A stretch of DNA of 30,396 nt from Deltaproteobacteria bacterium (GTDB lineage Bacteria; Desulfobacterota; Desulfovibrionia; Desulfovibrionales; Desulfovibrionaceae). Positions 1-8,755 of this stretch are shown piece after piece. Both the position numbers and the translations under genes were made by a program. The stretch spans positions 1 to 30,396 of the forward strand of contig JAISDX010000129.1 in assembly GCA_031264465.1 (NCBI GenBank), read 5' to 3'. The notes beneath the pieces were generated by a model. That model worked only from the letters and a program-made list of their open reading frames with translations. It did not search any database and was not told the DNA's origin. Numbering within the stretch: the first letter of the stretch is position 1; every line of letters begins with the position of its first letter.

Positions 1-324
1 GGCCTGCTTTTTCTGGTTTCCCTTTGGCTGGCCGTGCGGCTCGCCGCGCTTTTGCTCCGGCCGTTGCGCCGCCTTACGGCCGGCAACCGCGAACGGGCCA
101 GGCAGAGCCTCCTCGGCCGCGTTGTGACCATCCGCTCCGGCACGGCCAATCATCGTTCCGGCCAGGCCGTATGCGAGGGCTACGGCGCCGACCTGATCCT
201 CGAGGTGCGCAGCCGCCGGACGGAGCAGACTTTCGCCAGGGGTGAAAAAGCGGTGATCCTGCGCTATGACGCCGCCGGGCATCAGTATATCATTATCAGC
301 GAAGACGAGTTCCGGGCCCGCTAA
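1..324 (+). CDS. NfeD-like membrane protein, 5'-truncated by the window edge (hydrophobic N-terminal segment followed by a short beta-barrel/OB-like C-terminal domain)
   Basis: Frame +1 is open from nt 1 and reads GLLFLVSLWLAVRLAALLL (hydrophobic), then GRVVTIRSG...GQAV..G..ADLILEVRS...ARGEKAVILRYD...YIIIS, which resembles the NfeD/YuaF C-terminal domain. Stop at 322-324. The gene ends 45 nt before a flotillin gene, the canonical NfeD-flotillin arrangement. Confidence 0.5.
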   Translation, partial: GLLFLVSLWLAVRLAALLLRPLRRLTAGNRERARQSLLGRVVTIRSGTANHRSGQAVCEGYGADLILEVRSRRTEQTFARGEKAVILRYDAAGHQYIIISEDEFRAR

Positions 325-369
325 AGCCTGCCCGCCGCCCAGCAAGTTGCCCAACCCATTGGAGAGATT

Positions 370-2232
370 ATGTCCATATCCATGAGTACGCTCTACCCCA
401 TCCTGTTCGCCGCCGTTGTGGTGATTGTCTGCCTGCTCGGTTTTGCCGCTCTGCTCAAGGCCTTTTACGTAAAAGTGCCGCAGGGCGTGGCCCTCATTGT
501 CAACGGCTTGGGCGCCAAGCCCCGCGTCCATTTTACCGGCGCCTTCGTCTACCCGGTCATCTACAAAAAAGAATTCATGCGCATTTCGCTCCTCACCCTG
601 GAAATAAACCGTAAGGGCAAAGACGGCCTCATTTGCCGCGACAACCTGCGCGCCGACATTGCCGTGGCCTTTTACCTCAAGGTGAACGCCGTTGAAAAAG
701 ACGTGCTGCGCGTGGCCGAAGCCGTGGGCGTGGACCGCGCCTCCGACACCAGCCGGGTGAACGAGCTCTTCAACGCCAAGTTCTCCGAAGCCCTCAAGAC
801 CGTGGGCAAGCAGTTCGACATGCACCAGCTCTTTGACGACCGCCAGAACTTCCGCGACCGCATTCGCGAAGTCATCGGCTCCGACCTTAACGGCTACACC
901 CTGGAAGACGTGGCCATCGACTACCTGGAACAGACGCCCAAAACCAGTCTTGACCCCAACAATATCTTCGACTCCGAAGGCATTCGCAAAATTACCGAAA
1001 TCACCGCCAGCCACAACATCGTCACCAACGAGGCCGAGCGCAACCAGGAACTGGCCATCAAGAAAAAGAACGTGGAAACGCGCGAGGCCGCCCTGGAACT
1101 GGAACGCCAGCAGGCCGACGCCGAAGCCCGCCAACTGCGCGAAATCGAGACCATCCGGGCCCGCGAGCAGGCCGAAACCAAAAAAGTGCAGGAAGAAGAA
1201 CGGCTGCGCGTGGAACAGGCCCGCATCCAGACCCAGCAGGAAATCGAGGTGCGCGAGGAAAACCGCCAGCGCGAAGTGGCCGTGGCCGAGCGCAACCGCC
1301 TGCGCGTCATCGCCATTGAAAACGAACGGGTGCAGCGCGCCCGCGACCTGGAAGCCGTGGCCCGCGAACGCGAAGTGGAACTGCAAACCATTGAGAAAGA
1401 AAAGGTCGTCGAGGAAGAACGTAAAAACATCGCCAACGTCATCCGCGAGCGCGTGGCCGTGGAAAAGACCGTGGCCATGGAAGAAGAACGCATCAAGGAA
1501 GTGCGCCTGGTCTCCGAGGCCGACCGCCTGAAGCAGGTGGAAGTGATCACCGCCCAGGCCATGGCTGAAAAAAACCTGGTCCAGCAGGTCAAGCAGGCCG
1601 AGGCCGACCGCGACAGCGCCGGCTTCAAGGCCGTGGCGGTCACCACCCTGGCCCAGGCCGATCTCGAAGCCGCCGCCAAGCAGGCCGAGGCCAAAAAACG
1701 CCTGGCCGAAGGCCTTGAGGCCGAAGAAGCCGCCCTGGGCCTGGCCGAAGCCCGGGTGCGCCAGGCCCAGGCCGACGCCCGCGAAAAGGAAGGCTTGGTC
1801 GAAGCCGAAATCATCCGCCAGAAGCTCAAGGCCGAAGCCGAAGGCCTGGCCGAGAAGTTCAGCGTCATGAACAACCTCGGCGATACCGCCCGCGAACACG
1901 AAGAATTCCGCCTGCAGTTGGAAAAACACCTGGAAGAAGCCCTGGCCGGTCTTGCCGCCAGCCAGGAAATCGCCCGCAAACAGGCCGAAATTCTCTCCGC
2001 CGCCCTCACCAAGGCCAATATCGACATCGTCAGCGGCGACCCGGCCTTCTATAACTCCTTCGCCAAATCCCTGAGCATGGGCAAAGCCTTTGACGGTTTC
2101 GTGGAAAAGAGCCCGGCCGCCAAAAATATGCTGGAGGCGGTCATGGACAAGCTCAAGGGCGTAAACTTCGACCCGGTAAGGCTCTCGCAACTGGCCGACA
2201 ATTTGATCGCCAAGGGGTTGGGCAAGAATTGA
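370..2232 (+). CDS. Flotillin-like SPFH/band-7 protein (YqiK/FloT type): N-terminal membrane anchor, SPFH domain, then a long Glu/Ala/Arg-rich coiled-coil
   Basis: RBS GGAGAG sits 4 nt upstream of the ATG. N-terminal TM stretch ILFAAVVVIVCLLGFAALL. SPFH signature VPQGVALIVNGLG...PVIYKKEFMRISLLTLEI..RADIAVAFYLKV. About 350 aa of EA/ER repeat coiled-coil follow, typical of flotillins. Confidence 0.85.
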   Translation: MSISMSTLYPILFAAVVVIVCLLGFAALLKAFYVKVPQGVALIVNGLGAKPRVHFTGAFVYPVIYKKEFMRISLLTLEINRKGKDGLICRDNLRADIAVAFYLKVNAVEKDVLRVAEAVGVDRASDTSRVNELFNAKFSEALKTVGKQFDMHQLFDDRQNFRDRIREVIGSDLNGYTLEDVAIDYLEQTPKTSLDPNNIFDSEGIRKITEITASHNIVTNEAERNQELAIKKKNVETREAALELERQQADAEARQLREIETIRAREQAETKKVQEEERLRVEQARIQTQQEIEVREENRQREVAVAERNRLRVIAIENERVQRARDLEAVAREREVELQTIEKEKVVEEERKNIANVIRERVAVEKTVAMEEERIKEVRLVSEADRLKQVEVITAQAMAEKNLVQQVKQAEADRDSAGFKAVAVTTLAQADLEAAAKQAEAKKRLAEGLEAEEAALGLAEARVRQAQADAREKEGLVEAEIIRQKLKAEAEGLAEKFSVMNNLGDTAREHEEFRLQLEKHLEEALAGLAASQEIARKQAEILSAALTKANIDIVSGDPAFYNSFAKSLSMGKAFDGFVEKSPAAKNMLEAVMDKLKGVNFDPVRLSQLADNLIAKGLGKN

Positions 2233-2275
2233 GGGGGCTCCGCCCTCTCCGGCCGCCGGAGGCACCACTATCCCC

Positions 2276-5200
2276 ATGACACAAGACAACACCAACCAAG
2301 CGGTACTGGACAGCGCCGTTGCCGAGGGCGGGGCTTACGAGATTTTGCGCCGGCGTTTGCAGGAGCTGGGCGGCCGGTTGCAGACGGCCGCGGCCGACCT
2401 GAACGCGCGGCGGCTGGCCGAGTTCGGGCGCGGCACGCTGGAGTTGTCCGGGCGGGTGCGCATCCGGACAGAGAACAACTGCCTGGCCCGTGACATCGTG
2501 CGGGTGGGGGACATGTTGCTTTTCGGCTGCAATGTCTTTTTGGGGCTGAAGCGGGAAACCCGGGTGGAAGATGTTTTTTCGCTCTACCGCCTGGAAGAGC
2601 AGGACGGGGCCTACGAGGCCGCGCCGCTCCCCCTGGCCGGGAGTTTTCTGGATATTCCGGCTTTCGTGCAGGAGTTCGGCGAGCTTTACAAGTATTACAA
2701 AAACACCCGCCTGCTGCAACTCGCCGAAAAGAACGGCAAGTTGCTGGCAGCGTTCCAGATTGGCGAAAGGCATACGGACATAAGAGTTTTCCGTTGGAGC
2801 GTCTCGCCGGATTACGCCGCGATCAAGTATATCGACAACCGGGGCGAGCGCGACATTTCGCTGCCGCCTAGGCACGACTTTGAATGGGTGCGGACGACGC
2901 GCGAGGACGAGGTCAACGGCCGGTACCCGCACTTCAATATTCTGGATACGGTGTTCGTCGAGACCGTGGGCGGCGACCTCACCATCAAGCTGGAGAACAA
3001 CACCGAGGACGGCCTGGGCATTTACCGCGAGCCGGTGCTGGACGAAAACCAGTCTCTGGGCGACGCTTCCATCGAATACGCCCGCATCGGCTCTTTGATC
3101 CTGCTCAAGATGCTGCCCTACCGCGAGGAGCATTGGCGCTACTTCGTTTACAACACCGTCACGCATGATGTTAAGCGCATCGACGCCATCGGCCAGTCCT
3201 GCATCCAGTTGCCCGAGGACCACGGTATTATCTTTCCGGGCGGCTATTACCTGCAGAACGGCGAATACAAAACCTTCGGGCAGAACGGCTCATCCACCGA
3301 CAAGGGCATGCTCTTTCGCCGTTTGCGCAAGTCGTCCAACGGCGAGGATGTGCTGTACGCTTTTTACGAGCCCGTGGCCGGGCGGCTGGCCCTGTTCAAC
3401 TACAACATGATTGAACGGCAGTTGCAAAACCCCTTGCGCGGCAACGGTTATACCGTGTTCGACGACGGGCGCATGGTGTTTCTCGAGGAAGAGGGCCGGG
3501 CCGAGCCTTCGCGCGTGCACCCCATGCAAATTTGGCAAACGCCGTATTACTCCGACGAATACGCCGCCCGCGCCCGCAACGGCAACACTGTGCTGGGGCG
3601 TATCGGCAACGCCGAGCTGGTGCGCGGCATTTCCGATCTTTACAACCTCGCGCGGCAGGTCGAGGCCCAGCGGGTTTCCGCCGCGCTTTACGCAAAGCTC
3701 GGCCAGGACGCCCTCCGGCTGTTCGACCGGTATTTCTGGTTGAAAAACGAACGGGATTTCCGCTTTGCCCCGCTCCTGCGCGAAGTGGCCCAAACCAGCG
3801 AACTGGTGCTGGACGAATATGAAAAGGCGGAAAGCATCCGCGTACAGTCCGCCCGCGCCTTGGCCGAAACCCGGACCGGCCAGCGGGATCTTTTCGCCGG
3901 CTTGGCGTCGGACGACTGGGGCAACGTGCGTGAATACGCCGACGCTCTGGGGCGCATCAACATTCAGCGCGGCCGCATCATCAGCCTGCGCGCCCTGCGC
4001 TACATGGACCAGGACGAGGTGGACCGCCTGGAGGCGGACTTGGCCGAGCGCGAAGCGGCAATTTCCCGCGCCGCCGCGGAATTTCTGGCCGGCGACAAGG
4101 CCCTGGCTCCCTTTGAAGAAAGCCTGGCCGCCAGCGGGGCGGCCACGGCCGCGGCCGCGGTGGCGAACGACCTGCTCGAGCCCGCGGCCGGGCTGGACAA
4201 AATGTCGGCCGAACTGGACATGCTCTCCAGCCTCATCGCCCGGCTGAGCTTTGACGACGTCAGGCTGCAAACCCGGATTATCGAAAATATTTCCGAGGTG
4301 TTCGCCAAGGTGAACCAGGCCCGCTCGCGTCTGGAGCAGAAAAAGTCGCGGTTGGGCAGGGGCGAGGCCGTGGACCGCTTCGGAGCCCGGTTCAAGCTGT
4401 TCGGGCAGAGCATCGCCAGCGCCCTGGCCCTGGCCACGGACCCGGAACGCTGCGACGACGAACTTTCCCGCCTGCTGCTCCAGCTCGAGGAGCTGGAAAG
4501 CCGGTTCAGTGCTTACGAGGTCTTCCAGCCGGACATTCTGCGCAAGCGCGAAGAACTGCTGGAAACCTTTGAAACCCGCAAGCAGGCCCTGCTGGACGAG
4601 CGCCAGCGCCGCAGCCAGTCGCTGTTGACGGCGGCCGGGCGTATTTTGTCCAGTTTCGGCCGGCGCACGGCCCGCTTGGCTCTGCTGGAAGAGATCAACG
4701 CCTTTTTCGTGGCCGACCCCATGGCCCGCAAGGTGCTGGAAATTGCCGGGCAGTTGCGCGAACTGAAAGATTCGGTGCGGGCCGACGATCTGGAGGCTCG
4801 CTTCAAGGCGGCCAGAGACCAGGCCCTGCGCGGCCTGCGCGACAAAACCGAGCTGTTCGAGGACGGCGGCTCGACCATCCGGCTCGGCCCGCGCCACCGC
4901 TTCAGCGTGAACACGCAGGAGCTGGACCTGACCATTGTGCCCAAGGAGGGCGAGCTTTACCTGCACCTGACCGGTACCGACTATCTGGAGCCGCTGCGTG
5001 ATGCCGGGCTGGACTCCATGCGCGAGTTCTGGGACTTGAGCCTGGAATCGGAGTCGCCCGAGGTGTGCCGGGCCGAGTACTTGGCCTATTCAATGATTTG
5101 CAACGCCGGCAAAGGAGAGGGCGAACCGGGCGAAAAGGGATTGGACGGACTTTATGCCCTGTTGGCCCAGCCGGCCGAGCTGGAAAAGGCGGTGCGGGCC

Positions 5201-7339
5201 TTCAGCGCTCCCCGCTACGCCGAAGGCTACGAAAAGGGCATTCATGACCACGACGCGATGCTGATTCTGCAAGCCCTGCTGCCCTTGGCCCGTGCAAGCG
5301 GTCCGGGCGGCCTGCTGCGCTACTCGCCGCGGGCCAGGGCTCTGGGCATGCTGTTCTGGCGGGCCAACCGGCAGAGCCCGGGCTGCGCGCCCTGGCCGGA
5401 ATGGGCCAAAACGGCGCTCGCCATCCGCAAGATTTTCAAGCCGGATCCGGGGCTGTGCACGCTCCAGAGCGACATGGAAAAATCCCTGGCCGCCTTCGCG
5501 CTGGAAAACGGCATCGGCGCCAGACGGGCTTCCGTCGGTCAGGCTTTTACCGACCAGACCGATGCCGATCAGGCCGCCGAGTTCCTCTGCCTGGCGCTGG
5601 CGCAACCCCAGTTGGAATTCCCGGTCAGCAAGTACGCCCGGCAGTTGGTGGACGCCCTGCGTTCCCGCCTGCTGGAAAACCACCACTGGACCGACTTTAA
5701 CCGGACGCTGAAAAAACTGGGCAAGTACGAAAACGGCCAGGCCCGGCGTTGGGATTTGGCGCTGGACTGGCTGCGCGGCCTGACCAGCGAGCCGGAATTC
5801 GCCCCGCTGCGGCCCTACGCCGAGGAAGCGGCGGCCCTGCTCCTGCTGGCCCAATCCAGCCAGCCCCGCTCTTCCGGCATAACGCTCCAGAGCGGCGAGA
5901 GCGAAGGCCTGCGCCTGCACCCGAGCGAAGCCGACCTGCAGGTGCGGGTCAGCGGCCTGCTCGGCCAGCACCCGCGCATTCAGGCGGGCGTGCTGGAGCT
6001 CAGCCTGCCGGACTTTTTCGGCCGGTTGCGCCGCCACCGCAAGCAGGTGCTGCCGGGCTGGAAAAAGTACCAGGCAGCGCGGCAAAACCTTTTGGCCGAG
6101 CGGCGTAGCGCGCTGCGCCTGGAAGAATTCAAGCCCAGGCCGCTTTCCTCCTTTGTGCGCAACCGGTTGATTGACCAGGTTTACCTGCCGCTGATCGGCG
6201 ACAACCTGGCCAAGCAGATTGGCGCGGCCGGGGCGGCCAAGCGGACCGACCTGATGGGCCTGCTCATGCTGATTTCGCCCCCCGGCTACGGCAAAACCAC
6301 GCTTATGGAATACGTGGCCCACTGTCTGGGGCTCATTTTCATGAAAATTAACGGCCCGGCTCTGGGGCATTCGGTAATTTCGCTGGACCCGGATCAGGCG
6401 CCGGACGCGACCGCGCGCCAGGAATTGCAAAAGCTGAACCTGGCTCTGGAAATGGGCAACAACGTCATGCTTTACCTGGACGACATCCAGCACACCAATC
6501 CGGAATTTTTGCAGAAGTTCATCTCGCTCTGCGACGCCACCCGGCGGATGGAAGGGGTCTGGATGGGGCGCGCCAAGACTTACGACTTCCGGGGCAAGAA
6601 GTTTTGCGTGGTCATGGCCGGCAACCCCTACACCGAATCCGGCGAAGTTTTCAAAATACCCGACATGCTGGCCAACCGGGCCGACATCTACAACCTGGGC
6701 GAAGTTCTGGGCGGGCAGGCTCCGGCCTTTGCCCTGAGCTACCTGGAAAACGCCCTTACCTCCAGCCCGGCCCTGGCCCCCCTGGCCCGGCGCGACATGA
6801 ACGACCTGTACCACTTTATTGAGCGGGTCCAGGGGAAGGCCGCCCGCCCCGGCTCCGGCAACGACTTGAGCTACGGCTACAGCGAGGCGGAGACGGCCGA
6901 AATCGTGGCGGTGCTTGAACGCTTGCTCAGGCTGCGCGAAGTGGTCATGGCCGTGAACCGCCAATACATCGACAGCGCCGCGCAAGCGGAGCAATACCGC
7001 ACCGAGCCGCCGTTCAAACTCCAGGGCAGCTACCGCAGCATGAACAAGCTGGCCGAACAGGTTTCGGCCGTCATGAACGCGGCCGAACTGGAGCGGCTGG
7101 TAGACGATTTTTATACCGGCGAGGCCCAACTCCTGACCGAGGCGGCCGAGGAAAACCTGCTCAAGCTGGACGAGATTCGCGGCCGGTTGAGCGGGGCGCG
7201 GCAGGCGCGCTGGGAAGAGATCAAAAAGCGGTTCGTGCGCAATAAGGCCTTTGGCGGCGAAAACGCCCAGGTTGGCGACCGGGTGGTGGCCCAACTGGCC
7301 GACCTGGTGCGGAGCGTGCAGGCTTTAAGGAAAGCCTGA
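2276..7339 (+). CDS. Giant (1687 aa) uncharacterised soluble protein with a C-terminal MoxR/AAA_5-type (dynein/McrB-like) P-loop ATPase module; the N-terminal ~1300 aa show no recognisable catalytic motif and include long predicted coiled-coil/helical regions
   Basis: A single uninterrupted ORF lies 43 nt after the flotillin stop. Walker A is SPPGYGKTT (nt ~6275-6301). Walker B and the following helix are VMLYLDDIQHTNPEFLQKFISLCD (DD at 6479-6484), comparable to MoxR hhhDEinRa.p..qsaLL. Sensor-1 and arginine region VVMAGNPYTESGEVFKIPDMLANRADIY is comparable to MoxR vvATqNP.e..G...lpeA.lDRF. I saw no TM helices. Alanine-rich low-complexity segments are present. Confidence 0.8.
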   Translation: MTQDNTNQAVLDSAVAEGGAYEILRRRLQELGGRLQTAAADLNARRLAEFGRGTLELSGRVRIRTENNCLARDIVRVGDMLLFGCNVFLGLKRETRVEDVFSLYRLEEQDGAYEAAPLPLAGSFLDIPAFVQEFGELYKYYKNTRLLQLAEKNGKLLAAFQIGERHTDIRVFRWSVSPDYAAIKYIDNRGERDISLPPRHDFEWVRTTREDEVNGRYPHFNILDTVFVETVGGDLTIKLENNTEDGLGIYREPVLDENQSLGDASIEYARIGSLILLKMLPYREEHWRYFVYNTVTHDVKRIDAIGQSCIQLPEDHGIIFPGGYYLQNGEYKTFGQNGSSTDKGMLFRRLRKSSNGEDVLYAFYEPVAGRLALFNYNMIERQLQNPLRGNGYTVFDDGRMVFLEEEGRAEPSRVHPMQIWQTPYYSDEYAARARNGNTVLGRIGNAELVRGISDLYNLARQVEAQRVSAALYAKLGQDALRLFDRYFWLKNERDFRFAPLLREVAQTSELVLDEYEKAESIRVQSARALAETRTGQRDLFAGLASDDWGNVREYADALGRINIQRGRIISLRALRYMDQDEVDRLEADLAEREAAISRAAAEFLAGDKALAPFEESLAASGAATAAAAVANDLLEPAAGLDKMSAELDMLSSLIARLSFDDVRLQTRIIENISEVFAKVNQARSRLEQKKSRLGRGEAVDRFGARFKLFGQSIASALALATDPERCDDELSRLLLQLEELESRFSAYEVFQPDILRKREELLETFETRKQALLDERQRRSQSLLTAAGRILSSFGRRTARLALLEEINAFFVADPMARKVLEIAGQLRELKDSVRADDLEARFKAARDQALRGLRDKTELFEDGGSTIRLGPRHRFSVNTQELDLTIVPKEGELYLHLTGTDYLEPLRDAGLDSMREFWDLSLESESPEVCRAEYLAYSMICNAGKGEGEPGEKGLDGLYALLAQPAELEKAVRAFSAPRYAEGYEKGIHDHDAMLILQALLPLARASGPGGLLRYSPRARALGMLFWRANRQSPGCAPWPEWAKTALAIRKIFKPDPGLCTLQSDMEKSLAAFALENGIGARRASVGQAFTDQTDADQAAEFLCLALAQPQLEFPVSKYARQLVDALRSRLLENHHWTDFNRTLKKLGKYENGQARRWDLALDWLRGLTSEPEFAPLRPYAEEAAALLLLAQSSQPRSSGITLQSGESEGLRLHPSEADLQVRVSGLLGQHPRIQAGVLELSLPDFFGRLRRHRKQVLPGWKKYQAARQNLLAERRSALRLEEFKPRPLSSFVRNRLIDQVYLPLIGDNLAKQIGAAGAAKRTDLMGLLMLISPPGYGKTTLMEYVAHCLGLIFMKINGPALGHSVISLDPDQAPDATARQELQKLNLALEMGNNVMLYLDDIQHTNPEFLQKFISLCDATRRMEGVWMGRAKTYDFRGKKFCVVMAGNPYTESGEVFKIPDMLANRADIYNLGEVLGGQAPAFALSYLENALTSSPALAPLARRDMNDLYHFIERVQGKAARPGSGNDLSYGYSEAETAEIVAVLERLLRLREVVMAVNRQYIDSAAQAEQYRTEPPFKLQGSYRSMNKLAEQVSAVMNAAELERLVDDFYTGEAQLLTEAAEENLLKLDEIRGRLSGARQARWEEIKKRFVRNKAFGGENAQVGDRVVAQLADLVRSVQALRKA

Positions 7340-7522
7340 GGCGGCCAGGGAGCGAAAAGACCGTTAATCCGCGTTTTTTTGGCTATACACAAAGACTTTT
7401 GCTTTCCAATGTGATATGGATACCAACGCGGCTTCCCAGATCTGACTTTGGTTGCCCTCCATCACCGAGCTGCTGCGCCGGGGCCTCGCCTTGGTTCATA
7501 ATATAAGTGGTTTTGGAATAAT

Positions 7523-7562
7523 CCGGCCGTTTTGGGCCGGGGCGCGTTGCAGCGCCGTTTTT
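7523..7562 (+). terminator. Two tandem GC hairpins (CCGGCC-gttttg-GGCCGG; GGCGC-gttgca-GCGCC), the second followed by TTTTT; a possible intrinsic terminator or attenuator-like element ~38 nt upstream of ilvE
   Basis: Read directly from the sequence: perfect 6-bp and 5-bp GC stems at 7523-7540 and 7541-7556, and a T-tract at 7558-7562. Another T7 run lies at 7374-7380 just after the giant gene stop, but without a convincing stem. Confidence 0.3.
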
Positions 7563-7599
7563 CCCGGTGTGTTTTACAACCATTTTATGGAGGTTAACC

Positions 7600-8685
7600 A
7601 TGAAGATTCGTTATGATCTGCTGGACGTCAACAAGCGTAAGCCCGCCTATGTCAAGCTGCCGCCCTTCGGCGAAGGCCGTACCAACCATATGTTCCTGGT
7701 TGATTACGACAATGGCGAATGGCATGACCCGCGCATTGTGCCCTACGCCCCGTTGTCGATCATGCCCGGCGCCATCTGCCTGCATTACGGGCAGACCCTG
7801 TTTGAAGGCGGGAAAGCCTTCATCCACCCGGACGGCGAACTGTACGCCTGGCGCTTTGACATGAACGCCGAGCGCGTCAACAAATCCGCCGACGTCATCA
7901 TGATGCAGAACATCCCGCTCGACCTGCAAATCGAAGGCTGCATGCGCCTCCTGGATGTGGAGCGCGACCTCTGCCCCACCGCTCCCGAATCCTCCATGTA
8001 CATCCGCCCGCTGATGATCGGCACGCAGGACTCCCTGGGCATCAAGGCTTCCAACCGCTATATCTACTGCATCATGTTCGCCCCGGTCGGCCCCTACTAC
8101 CCGGACGGCTTCAACAAGGCCACGACTCTCCTGATCACCTCCAAGTACCACCGCGCCGTGCACGGCGGCACCGGCAACTCCAAAACCGGCGGCAACTACG
8201 CCGCCTCGCTCCGCCCGTACTACTACGCCCACGACGCGGGCGCCGACCAGGTGCTCTACCTGGACGCCGCGAGCGAGTACATTGAAGAAGCCGGCGGCAT
8301 GAACCACTACCACGTCCTGAAAGACGGCACTTTCATCATGCCGGAATTCAACGACAGCATCCTGCACTCCATCACCACCCGCACCGTGATGGAACTGGCC
8401 AAGATGGGCAAGGTGAAAGCGCGCTTCGAACGCATCCGGGTGAAAGACTTCGTGGCCGACATCAAGAACGGCAACATCATTGAAGCCGGTGCCCTGGGCA
8501 CTGCGGCCGTGATCAGCCCCAACTCGACCTATCTGTTTGACGACGGCACTCCGCCCCTGACCGTGGCTGACGGCAAGGTCGGCAAATACAGCCGCCAGCT
8601 GTTCGAACTCTATACGGGCATGCAGACCGGCAAGATTCCGGCTCCGGAAGGCTGGGCCAGAAAAGTCGAGCGTTACCTCAAGTAA
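7600..8685 (+). CDS. ilvE: Branched-chain amino acid aminotransferase (class IV PLP enzyme, long ~360-aa form)
   Basis: RBS GGAGG at 7589-7593 precedes the ATG at 7600. The 7567 start in the ORF track lacks an RBS. The sequence is BCAT-like throughout (EGxKA..., PLP-binding region and a C-terminal GTAA-like motif GALGTAAVISP). Confidence 0.9.
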   Translation: MKIRYDLLDVNKRKPAYVKLPPFGEGRTNHMFLVDYDNGEWHDPRIVPYAPLSIMPGAICLHYGQTLFEGGKAFIHPDGELYAWRFDMNAERVNKSADVIMMQNIPLDLQIEGCMRLLDVERDLCPTAPESSMYIRPLMIGTQDSLGIKASNRYIYCIMFAPVGPYYPDGFNKATTLLITSKYHRAVHGGTGNSKTGGNYAASLRPYYYAHDAGADQVLYLDAASEYIEEAGGMNHYHVLKDGTFIMPEFNDSILHSITTRTVMELAKMGKVKARFERIRVKDFVADIKNGNIIEAGALGTAAVISPNSTYLFDDGTPPLTVADGKVGKYSRQLFELYTGMQTGKIPAPEGWARKVERYLK

Positions 8686-8704
8686 GGCCGCAACGGTTTG
8701 AAAA

Positions 8705-8730
8705 GGAAAAGCCCCGCCCGGGGCTTTTCC
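8705..8730. terminator. Bidirectional rho-independent terminator between convergent ilvE and the lipoprotein gene
   Basis: AAAA-GCCCCG-ccc-GGGGC-TTTT gives a perfect GC stem flanked by an A-tract and a T-tract, so it can terminate in either direction. Confidence 0.7.
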
Positions 8731-8755
8731 TTTAATGGCTGGCGCGGCTTTTACG

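Noticed and set aside
921-2027. 368-aa minus-strand ORF inside the flotillin gene, and the 232-aa plus-strand ORF at 833..1531
   Set aside because: Ser/Arg/Ala-rich shadow frames typical of antisense or off-frame reading of GC-rich coiled-coil coding DNA. The SPFH reading frame has clear homology and an RBS.
2153-7294. Long minus-strand ORFs (2153..3223, 3290..4966, 5090..7294) antisense to the giant gene
   Set aside because: High-GC antisense shadow ORFs with Gly/Ala/Arg/Pro-rich low-complexity translations. The plus strand carries an unbroken 5 kb ORF with canonical Walker A, Walker B and sensor motifs.
7567-7599. ORF-track start of ilvE at 7567 (MCFTTILWRLT...)
   Set aside because: It has no RBS. 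The in-frame ATG at 7600 is preceded by GGAGG with ideal spacing and gives a BCAT-typical N-terminus.
7594-8367. 257-aa minus-strand ORF antisense to ilvE
   Set aside because: Shadow ORF. The ilvE frame has clear class-IV aminotransferase homology.
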